Below, piece by piece: positions 1 through 7,731 of a DNA stretch of 64,000 nt. Positions within the stretch are counted from its first letter, which is position 1, and every line of letters begins with the position of its first letter. The DNA lies in contig JAUIAC010000003.1 in the NCBI GenBank assembly GCA_030425545.1, forward strand, positions 3,857-67,856, read 5' to 3'. The notes beneath the pieces are model-generated. The model did no database searches and had not been told where the DNA came from. It saw only the letters and a program-made list of their open reading frames with translations. Source of the DNA: a bacterium. Lineage in GTDB: Bacteria > Myxococcota_A > UBA9042. The position numbers were made by a program, and so were the translations under genes.

Positions 1-189
1 TTCTTCAACACGAGCGGCCTGTCCTACCGGGGCGGCGGGTTCAAGGACCGGCTCCCGACCATGGACGACGACGCCCAGCTCGCGGCGCTGGCCGCCGACG
101 GCAAGCTCGTCAAGCGGCCGCTGCTGGTGTCGGACCGGGGCGTGCTCGTCGGCTTCAAGGAGGCCGACTGGGCGGAGTTGCTGGGCTGA
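1..189 (+). CDS. C-terminal fragment of an ArsC/Spx-family (arsenate reductase-like, YffB-type) protein. The 5' end lies outside the window.
   Basis: Frame 1 reads through to TGA at 187-189. The tail ...GKLVKRPLLVSDRGVLVGFKEADWAELLG is typical of ArsC/Spx-family C-termini. Confidence 0.55.
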   Translation, partial: FFNTSGLSYRGGGFKDRLPTMDDDAQLAALAADGKLVKRPLLVSDRGVLVGFKEADWAELLG

Positions 190-356
190 GGTCTCCCCCG
201 AGGCCCTGGTCTGTGCGCGCTACGGACCGGCCGTCCGGCCGCTGACCCGGCGAGCTCACAGACAAATCGTCCGTCTCATCGCCGGCTCGCTTGGCGGACC
301 TCCGAGGCGAGGGGTAGCCTGCGCCCGCCGGTCCACGACCCACCCGGAGCCCTCGC

Positions 357-1061
357 ATGGCCGACACCGAGACGCCCGAACAAGCCAACCCGGACATCGT
401 CGCGGCGCGCATGCGGCGCATCGCGCGGCACAAGGCGCGCGCGGCGGAGACGCCCTCGGTGACCGACAGCAGCCCCCTGGGCACGGGGCCGATCAACCGT
501 CACGGCATGCCGGCGGTGCCCGTTGGCCAGCGCGTCGTGCGCAAGTGGCCCGTGCTCGACCTGGGCGTCACCCCCGACGTGACCCGCGACGACTGGCGGC
601 TGACCGTGAACGGCGCGGTCGACAACCCGCTGCAGCTCGACTTTGCCGGCCTCCTGGCGCTGCCACAGGTGGACGACGTGAGCGACTTCCACTGCGTCAC
701 CACGTGGTCGAAGCTCGACATGCGCTGGCGCGGCGTGCGGCTGTCGACCGTGCTCGCCGAGGCGGGCCTCCACGGGTCCGCGAGCCACCTCATGGTGCAC
801 GGCTACGACGGCTACACCACCAACGTCGCCCTCGACGAGGCGGTCAAAGACGACGTGCTGCTGGTCCACACCTGGGAAGACGCGCCCCTGCCCAAGGAGC
901 ACGGCGGACCGGTGCGCATGATCACGCCGCAGCTCTACGCCTGGAAGGGCAGCAAGTGGATCGCCCGGGTCGAGGTGCTCACCGCCGACCGGCCCGGGTT
1001 CTGGGAAGCGCGGGGCTACTCCATGACGGCCTACCCCTGGCGCAACGACCGCTACAGCTGA
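357..1061 (+). CDS. Sulfite-oxidase-like molybdopterin-binding oxidoreductase (YedY/MsrP-like Moco domain), cytoplasmic
   Basis: 234-aa ORF with an ATG start. Conserved Moco-domain features (HCVTTWS, PVRMI) and typical length. No signal peptide. Confidence 0.8.
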   Translation: MADTETPEQANPDIVAARMRRIARHKARAAETPSVTDSSPLGTGPINRHGMPAVPVGQRVVRKWPVLDLGVTPDVTRDDWRLTVNGAVDNPLQLDFAGLLALPQVDDVSDFHCVTTWSKLDMRWRGVRLSTVLAEAGLHGSASHLMVHGYDGYTTNVALDEAVKDDVLLVHTWEDAPLPKEHGGPVRMITPQLYAWKGSKWIARVEVLTADRPGFWEARGYSMTAYPWRNDRYS

Positions 1062-1191
1062 CCCGCGGCGGCGCTCGCCAGAGCCCGCCCTCGTCCGCGA
1101 TGTCGCTGGCAGAGCGACGGCGCCCCATGCCAGCATGGTGGGCGTCTCGTCCCCTCGTTCGCCCCAAGTTCGCCGCGCCCCGGAGCCCGCC

Positions 1192-2745
1192 ATGCCCCGC
1201 AGCACCCTCGTCGCCCTCGCCCTGGTCTGTCTCTGTCTGAGCGCGGCGGTCGGCTGTGGCAGCGAGACGGCTGAGCCCAGGGTCACCCCGCCGGAGCACG
1301 CCTTCCCCAAGGGCTTCTTCTGGGGCACGGCCGTGGCCGGCTTTCAGGTCGACATGGGCTGCCCCACGCTGCCCGCGGCGCAGTGCGACGACACCGCCAG
1401 CGACTGGTACCAGTTCGTCACCGATCCCAAGCTGGTCAAGGACGGCAGCAACTTCATCAAGGGCGACCCGGTCAGCGTGGGCCCCGGCTTCTGGGAGACC
1501 TACGACGCCGACTTCGCGCGGGCTGGCGGCGAGCTGCACAACAACGCGATTCGGCTGAGCCTGGAGTGGAGCCGCCTCTTCCCCAAGGCCACGGTCGGCG
1601 GCGCCAACATCGAGGACGCCAAGACGGTCGCGGAGCTCGACGCCTTCGCCAACGCCGCGGCGCGCGACCACTACCGGGCCATGTTCGCCAGCGCCAAGAA
1701 GCACGGCCTGACCCTGCTGGTGACCTTGAACCACTACACGCTGCCGCTGTGGGTCCACGACGGCAAAGGCTGCAACGCCGGCCTCGACAAGTGCACCGCG
1801 CGCGGCTGGGTCGACAACAAGCGCATGGTCGGGCTCATCGCGCTCTACGCCGGCTGGTGCGCCAAGACCTTCGGCGACCAGGTCGACTGGTGGGCCACGC
1901 TCAACGAGCCCTTCGCCGTGGTGCTGGCGGGCTACATCCTGCCGAGCAAGGACCGCACCAACCCGCCGGCCGTCTACTTTCAGGTGGAGACCGGCATCGA
2001 CGTGGCCTTCACCATGATGGAGGCCCACGCCCGCATGTACGACGCGGTGCACAAGCACGACACCACGGACGCTACGGGCGACGGCGAGGCCGCCAGGGTC
2101 GGGCTGGTGCCGAACCTGACCGTGGTGCAGCCGAACGACCCCTCGGACCCGAAGGCGGTGGTGGCGGCCGAGCACCTGCACCACATCTACAACCGCGTGT
2201 TCCTCGAGGCGACCGTCAACGGCAGGCTCGACCGCAACCTCGACGGCACCTACGAGGAGACGCGCGACGACATGAAGGGCCGCATGGACTACATCGGCAT
2301 CAACTACTACACGCGCATCCAGGCCCAGCCGACCCCCTTCCCGGGCGTCGTCGACAAGTTCCCCTACCTCGACGCGACCCCGGATCTCAACGCCGGCGTG
2401 TGGCAGGACTATCCCGAGGGCATCGGCGAGATGACCACCTGGGCGGCCAAGACCTACAAGCTGCCGGTGATCATCACCGAGAACGGCACCTTCAAAGACA
2501 AGGCGACCGCGTGGGACACCTTCCTGGCGCCGCACCTCACCGAGCTTCACAAGGCCATGCAGGACCCCGAGGTCACGGTGCTCGGCTACTTCGCGTGGAG
2601 CCTGCTCGACAACTACGAGTGGAACCACGGCATGGACCTGCGCTTCGGCCTCTACGCCGTCGACACGGACAACCCGGCCAAGCCGCGCACGCTCACCGAC
2701 ATGGGCCGCAAGTACGGCCTCGCAGCGAAGGCCAACGGCTTTTAG
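1192..2745 (+). CDS. Glycoside hydrolase family 1 beta-glucosidase/beta-glycosidase, lipoprotein
   Basis: N-terminal FPKGFFWGTAVAGFQVDMG and the catalytic-nucleophile motif ITENG are GH1 hallmarks. The lipobox signal is MPRSTLVALALVCLCLSAAVGCGS. The internal ATG at 1192 is preferred over the upstream 1135 start. Confidence 0.85.
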   Translation: MPRSTLVALALVCLCLSAAVGCGSETAEPRVTPPEHAFPKGFFWGTAVAGFQVDMGCPTLPAAQCDDTASDWYQFVTDPKLVKDGSNFIKGDPVSVGPGFWETYDADFARAGGELHNNAIRLSLEWSRLFPKATVGGANIEDAKTVAELDAFANAAARDHYRAMFASAKKHGLTLLVTLNHYTLPLWVHDGKGCNAGLDKCTARGWVDNKRMVGLIALYAGWCAKTFGDQVDWWATLNEPFAVVLAGYILPSKDRTNPPAVYFQVETGIDVAFTMMEAHARMYDAVHKHDTTDATGDGEAARVGLVPNLTVVQPNDPSDPKAVVAAEHLHHIYNRVFLEATVNGRLDRNLDGTYEETRDDMKGRMDYIGINYYTRIQAQPTPFPGVVDKFPYLDATPDLNAGVWQDYPEGIGEMTTWAAKTYKLPVIITENGTFKDKATAWDTFLAPHLTELHKAMQDPEVTVLGYFAWSLLDNYEWNHGMDLRFGLYAVDTDNPAKPRTLTDMGRKYGLAAKANGF

Positions 2746-2822
2746 TGAGCGCTGCGGGGCACGGTCGCTTGCTCCGCGACAGGCCCATTGGCACGCTGCC
2801 CGCACCTCAACTGGAGCGCCCC

Positions 2823-4856
2823 ATGCGAAGCATCGCCCGCCGCCTCGTGCCCCTTCTCCCGCGCGGCCTCGCCTCCCTCGCCGTGCTGACCGCGCTGTCG
2901 AGCGTGGCGACGCTGGCCACCGCGGCGCCGGCGACGACCCTCTTCGAGGGCGTGCTCACCAGCGGCGCCGGCACGCCGGCCGCAGACGGCGACTACAAGC
3001 TCACCTTCCGCGTCTACGCCGACGCCACCGCGCAGCAGCCGCTGTGGGAAGAGGGGCCGGTCACGGTGAAGGTCACGGGGGGCCGCTTTCAGCACGCCCT
3101 GGGCAGCAGCAAGCCGGTGGCGGCGGACGCGGTGGTCGGGGCCAAGGCGGCGCACATCAGCGTTCAGGTGGGCGGTGATCCGGCGCTCCCCCGCCAGCCC
3201 CTGCACGGCACCCTCTACGCCCTGCGGGCCGGCGGCCTCGCCTGCACCGGCTGTGTCGGCGTGTCGCAGCTGAAGTTCGACGGCGACGTGGACCTGGGCG
3301 GCCAGAGCCTCAAGGCCAAGAACGGCACCTTCACCGGCAACCTCACGGCGGGCGCGCTCTCCGCGGCCAGCGTCACCGCCAACAGCTTCGTCGGCGACGG
3401 CAGCAAGCTCACCGGCATCGCGCAGCCCAAGGGCGACTGCAAGGCCGGCGAGGTGGTGGTCGGCATCGCGGCGGACGGCACGCTCAAGTGTCAGTCGACG
3501 GCCGGCTCGCTGCCCAAGGACGGCCTCAACACGGTGAGCAACGGCGCGCTGAGCAACGAGTTCACCGACGTGTTCACCTCGACCACGAAGAACCAGCCCA
3601 TCCCCGACAACACGGGCGTCGAGGCGGTGTCGGTGGTGAGCGTGCCGAGCCTGGGCACAGCGCTCGAGCTCGGCGTCAACGTGCAGCTGGAGAACACCGA
3701 TCTCTTCACGGTCTCCATCGCGCTGCTGCCGCCCGACGACAAGAAGGTCGGCTGGGTGCTCTGCGACCCCTGCGGGCTCAAGGACGCCAAGCAGCTCAAC
3801 CAGACCTGGACGGTGAAGAACCCGCCCAAGAGCGGCGACATCAAGAAGTGGATCGGCGCCGACCCCAAGGGCATCTGGACGCTCAAGATCAAGGACGTGG
3901 AGTTCTGCGTGCCGCAGAAGCCGGGCAACAACTCGCTGTGCGACGCCCAGAAGACCCTCGACGGACAGCTCAAGTCGTGGTCGGTCACGGTCAAGACCCT
4001 GGCCAACAGCAAGGTCCAGGCCACCGGCGGGCTGGTGGTGCAGAAGGGGCTGCAGCTCGGCGTTCAGGCCAAGGCGCCGGCGGCGTGTACGCCACAGACC
4101 CGGGGGCTCATGTACGTCGACGACGCCACCGACCAGCTGCTGATCTGCCGCAAGACCGGGCTCTGGGGCACCGTGGTCATCTACGAGTGCGGCAACAAGA
4201 AGGTCGAGTCCGGCGAGACCTGCGACGACGGCAACGTGGTCTCTGGCGACGGCTGCGACAGCGCCTGCCAGGTCGAGTGCGGCAACGGCCAGGTGGACAA
4301 GGGCGAGGAGTGCGACCCCAAGGACCCCAAGACGGTCGGCAAGTGCTCGAGCACCTGCAAGCTCATCAAGTACGGCAAGCTCTGGCTGGAGAGCAACGAG
4401 TACCAGTGGTACCCGGTGCCCTATCCCCACGCGACCTACAGCGAGAGCAAGGCCGTGGCGCTGTGCAAGAGCGTCGGCCTGCGCCTGTGGCGCGACGAGC
4501 CGGGCAGCAAGACCGACGTCAACTGGGCCTACGACTACAACAACAACCACAACCTCGGCGGCCATGACATCTGCTACAAGGTGAACTCAGCCACCAGCAA
4601 CCAGCAGCAGACCCACACCGGGACGTGGAAGATCTTCTCCACCTCGTGGGCCAACGACATCAAGGAGCTCACGGGAGCCACCAACGGCCAGACCGTGACC
4701 GTGCTGAACCACCTCCACCACTCGGGCTCCAACGAGACCCAGGCCAGCTGGTGCGACATCCGGCCGCAGGCGACGAGCGTGCAGTGGAGCACGCAGAGCA
4801 ACGGCACCAAGAGCGGCATGTCGAAGGCAGTCGTGCTCTGCGCCAAGGGCAAGTAG
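2823..4856 (+). CDS. Secreted multidomain Cys-rich protein with a P-domain-like region and a C-type-lectin-like C-terminus
   Basis: In-frame ATG at 2823 inside the long 1383..4856 ORF; the upstream part of that ORF overlaps GH1 and is a shadow. A signal peptide is present. The segment ...GIWTLKIKDVEFCVPQ... is proprotein-convertase P-domain-like. Two myxobacterial Cys-rich repeats are CGNGQVDKGEECDPKDP and ETCDDGNVVSGDGCDSAC. The C-terminus is WLESNEYQWY...LCKSVGLRLW. Confidence 0.6.
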   Translation: MRSIARRLVPLLPRGLASLAVLTALSSVATLATAAPATTLFEGVLTSGAGTPAADGDYKLTFRVYADATAQQPLWEEGPVTVKVTGGRFQHALGSSKPVAADAVVGAKAAHISVQVGGDPALPRQPLHGTLYALRAGGLACTGCVGVSQLKFDGDVDLGGQSLKAKNGTFTGNLTAGALSAASVTANSFVGDGSKLTGIAQPKGDCKAGEVVVGIAADGTLKCQSTAGSLPKDGLNTVSNGALSNEFTDVFTSTTKNQPIPDNTGVEAVSVVSVPSLGTALELGVNVQLENTDLFTVSIALLPPDDKKVGWVLCDPCGLKDAKQLNQTWTVKNPPKSGDIKKWIGADPKGIWTLKIKDVEFCVPQKPGNNSLCDAQKTLDGQLKSWSVTVKTLANSKVQATGGLVVQKGLQLGVQAKAPAACTPQTRGLMYVDDATDQLLICRKTGLWGTVVIYECGNKKVESGETCDDGNVVSGDGCDSACQVECGNGQVDKGEECDPKDPKTVGKCSSTCKLIKYGKLWLESNEYQWYPVPYPHATYSESKAVALCKSVGLRLWRDEPGSKTDVNWAYDYNNNHNLGGHDICYKVNSATSNQQQTHTGTWKIFSTSWANDIKELTGATNGQTVTVLNHLHHSGSNETQASWCDIRPQATSVQWSTQSNGTKSGMSKAVVLCAKGK

Positions 4857-4876
4857 GCCGGCGCTCCCAGCTTGGA

Positions 4877-4936
4877 CGTCCCTGCCTCGGGCGTCTCTGC
4901 CTCGGGCGTCCCTGCTTCGGGCGTCCCTGCTTCGGG
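4877..4936. repeat. Intergenic 15-bp direct tandem repeat of 4 copies (cgtccctgcctcggg and variants) between convergent genes
   Basis: Read directly: cgtccctgcctcggg / cgtctctgcctcggg / cgtccctgcttcggg / cgtccctgcttcggg, followed by a degenerate fifth unit. It lies in the 98-bp gap between the 4856 (+) and 4955 (-) stop codons. Confidence 0.7.
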
Positions 4937-4954
4937 GGGCCCTGATTTGCGGCG

Positions 4955-5734
4955 TCAGTCGCTCGCGTTGGGGCCGGCTGCGAGGGCCTCGACGTAGCGC
5001 AGGCGCAGCCGATCCGCCGCGTCGCGCAGGTCTTCGTCCGGGTCCAGGGTCACTGGCGCGAGCGTGTCGATGGTCACGCTGCCGCGGTTCGGCGCGAACT
5101 GCCCCATGGGCCAGATCTTGACGTGATCGTGCAGCACGATCGGCAGAATCGGCGCGCCCGACACGGCCGCCAGGTGAAAGGCGCCGAGCTTGAAGGGGCC
5201 CAGGTTGCCGTCCTCACTGCGGGTCCCCTCCGGCGCGATCAGCAGCTGCAGGCGCTCGGCGTGCATGCGCGCCGCTGCGGCCTGCAGCGACGCGTACGCC
5301 TTCTCGCGGTTGCCGCGTTCGAGGAACACCGAGCCAATCGCCCGGCAGCCCGCCCCGAGCAGCGGCACGTCGTTCATCTCCTGCTTGACCACCAGCACGC
5401 CCCCCTCCGGGAGCAGCGCCGCGCCGGTGAGCACGTCCAGCGTCGAGCCGTGGTTGAACGTGAGCACGCGCGGGGTCCGCTGGCCGAGCGCGGCCTGGGC
5501 TCGGGGCGTGAACACCACGTCGACCCCCGCGATGCGCGACATGGTCGAGCCCCAGGTGCGGACGAAGTGGGGGCCGAGCACCGAGCGCTCCTCCTTGTCG
5601 GCCAAGAGGGCGCGCACCACGATGGTCGGGATGTAGACGGAGGTGAACATCCACCCGGCGACCTGGCGGGTCACCGCCGACACCGCGTTCGCAGGGAGCT
5701 TCGGGGGCTTCGGGAGCTTGGGCAGCGTGGGCAT
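4955..5734 (-). CDS. Lysophospholipid acyltransferase (1-acyl-sn-glycerol-3-phosphate acyltransferase, PlsC/LPLAT family)
   Basis: HX4D-type motif FNHGSTLD and the PEGTRS motif (IAPEGTRS) are present. The 259-aa length is typical. ATG confirmed at 5734. Confidence 0.8.
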   Translation of the reverse strand: MPTLPKLPKPPKLPANAVSAVTRQVAGWMFTSVYIPTIVVRALLADKEERSVLGPHFVRTWGSTMSRIAGVDVVFTPRAQAALGQRTPRVLTFNHGSTLDVLTGAALLPEGGVLVVKQEMNDVPLLGAGCRAIGSVFLERGNREKAYASLQAAAARMHAERLQLLIAPEGTRSEDGNLGPFKLGAFHLAAVSGAPILPIVLHDHVKIWPMGQFAPNRGSVTIDTLAPVTLDPDEDLRDAADRLRLRYVEALAAGPNASD

Positions 5735-5787
5735 CGCGAGGGGTCCTGCAAGGCTGCGGTTGGAGCCGGCGGCGCGGCGCTGTCAAT

Positions 5788-7590
5788 CTAGGCCTCGGCA
5801 GCGGCCAGCACCTCCAGCACCTTGCCGAAGCCGATGGCGGCGCGAATGTCGCCCTTGACCTTGAGCTTGCCGCTCATGAAGGCCGCGGGCCCGTCGAGCT
5901 TGCCGCTGGCCATGTGCAGGAAGTCGGCGTCGGCCATGCGCATGCTGCACACCGCGTCGTCGCTGTCTTGCTGCGTGATGCTGCGCTCGGCCTTGGCGTC
6001 GGGGAGCCGAAAGGTCCACACCTGGGCCTGCTTGCCGGTGACCTCGAAGCGGTAGACCCCCTTCGCCGGCAGCTTCATCTCAGGATCGGCCGCCAAGCGC
6101 GCCGCCGCGGCGTCGAACACCGCCTGCACCGCGCCCTCCGGCAGGACCGGCCCCTCTTCGCTGAGCCCGAGGGCGTTGACCGCGGCCTCGAGCTCGTTGG
6201 CCGACTCCCAGATCATCCGCGTGAAGTCGTCGATGTCCGGCATCACCGCTGGCGACGAGGTCGGGCTGATCGCGAGCACACCGTTGTAGCTGGTGACCAC
6301 GAGCATGAGCCCCATGCCGTCGAGGATCGGCGCTGAGCCCATCTGCGCCAGCAGCTGCGACCCGGCCAGGTAGAGCGGGATCTGGGGGCCCGGCACGTTG
6401 GTGATGACGCAGTTGAACATCGGGCGGTGGTGGTCCGCGAGCTGCGAGCGCGAGTAGGCACGCGCCGCCTGACCCGCGAGCCCGAAGGGCACAAAATCGG
6501 TCGCCTCGATGAGGCGCTTGGCCTTGACCGCGCCCTGGTAGGTCTTGCCCACCGAGGCGTTGCTGTGGATCTGCCGCAGGCGCTCCACCGGGTCGTCGAT
6601 GTCGGTGGCGAGCTGCAGGAACATGGCCGACACCTGGTTGCCCATGGTGTTCTTCTCGGCCTTCGACCGCGTCGACACGGGCACCATGGTCACCAGCGGC
6701 TCGCGGGGCAGCGCCCCCTTGTCGTCGAGGTAGCGGCGCAGCGCACCGGCGCAGATGGCGAGCACCACGTCGTTGACCGTGCAGCCCATGAGCTTCTTCA
6801 GCCGCTTGACCCGGTGCAGCTCCAGCAGGGCCACGTTCCACGACCGGCGCGACGAGATCGGCCGGTTCAGCGGCGTCGGCGGCGCCTGAAAGGGCAGGGT
6901 CGGGGGCGTCTCGGGCGAGGCCTTGGCCAGCGCCGTGGCGCGCCCGACCGCGGCGGCGGCGTCGGCCAGCAGCCGCGGCAGCTTCTTGGGGCGCCGCGCG
7001 AAGCTCAACGCGGTCCGGCTCAGCAGCTCGATGTCCGTGGGGATGGGGGCGATCTGGCGCGGCGGCGGCGGTTCGATCTGGCGCGGCTCCGGGGTCATGT
7101 CGAAGAGCATGCCGACGATGTCGGAGCCGCTCATGCCGTCGATGCAGGCGTGGTGGATCTTGTTGATGACCGCCACCGATCCGGGCGGGATCTGCGGGAT
7201 GTGGTCCAGCCCCTCCACGAAGACCATCTCCCAGAGCGGTCGCGAGCGGTCCAGCGGCTGCGAGAAGATGCGCGAACAGAGCTTGCGCAGCTGCTGCCAG
7301 TCGCCGGGGCGGGGCAGGGCGGTGTGGTGGAGATGCCAGTCGATGTTGAAGTCGGGATCGTCGATCCACAGCGGCTTGTCGAGCCCCATGGGCACGTGAA
7401 CCAGCCGGCGCGTCAGCACCTTGACCAGGTGCATGCGCTCGAGCAGCAGGTCACGGAAGGCGTCGAAGGTGAGCGTGCCCTCCATGATGCTCAGGCCGCC
7501 CACGTGCATCGGCGAGTTGGGCGTCTCGAGGTAGAGGAAGGCGGCGTCGAGACCGGTCATCTCGTGCAGGCCGGGGTGGCTGGGGTCCAT
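5788..7590 (-). CDS. Wax ester synthase/diacylglycerol acyltransferase (WS/DGAT) fused to a C-terminal SCP2 sterol-carrier-like domain
   Basis: Catalytic HHACIDGMSG (HHxxxDG) motif, and the WS_DGAT_C motif NCVITNVPGPQ. The C-terminal ~110 aa (...KGVYRFEVTGK...MSGKLKVKGDIRAAIGF...) match the SCP2 fold. It sits 53 bp upstream of plsC on the same strand. Confidence 0.8.
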   Translation of the reverse strand: MDPSHPGLHEMTGLDAAFLYLETPNSPMHVGGLSIMEGTLTFDAFRDLLLERMHLVKVLTRRLVHVPMGLDKPLWIDDPDFNIDWHLHHTALPRPGDWQQLRKLCSRIFSQPLDRSRPLWEMVFVEGLDHIPQIPPGSVAVINKIHHACIDGMSGSDIVGMLFDMTPEPRQIEPPPPRQIAPIPTDIELLSRTALSFARRPKKLPRLLADAAAAVGRATALAKASPETPPTLPFQAPPTPLNRPISSRRSWNVALLELHRVKRLKKLMGCTVNDVVLAICAGALRRYLDDKGALPREPLVTMVPVSTRSKAEKNTMGNQVSAMFLQLATDIDDPVERLRQIHSNASVGKTYQGAVKAKRLIEATDFVPFGLAGQAARAYSRSQLADHHRPMFNCVITNVPGPQIPLYLAGSQLLAQMGSAPILDGMGLMLVVTSYNGVLAISPTSSPAVMPDIDDFTRMIWESANELEAAVNALGLSEEGPVLPEGAVQAVFDAAAARLAADPEMKLPAKGVYRFEVTGKQAQVWTFRLPDAKAERSITQQDSDDAVCSMRMADADFLHMASGKLDGPAAFMSGKLKVKGDIRAAIGFGKVLEVLAAAEA

Positions 7591-7731
7591 GCTGTGCTCC
7601 TGTTGAGGGGCCAGTGTGATCGAAGGCGGCGTCTGTGTCTGTAGCGAAGGCGGCGCCCCGCCGGTCCGGCCTCGACCCGATCGCGGCGGCCAGGGTCCCA
7701 GCCTCGTCTGCCGCGCCGCGCACGGGGGCGT

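Noticed and set aside
1383-2822. Upstream part of ORF 1383..4856
   Set aside because: It overlaps the GH1 gene in another frame. The real gene starts at the ATG at 2823, which carries a signal peptide.
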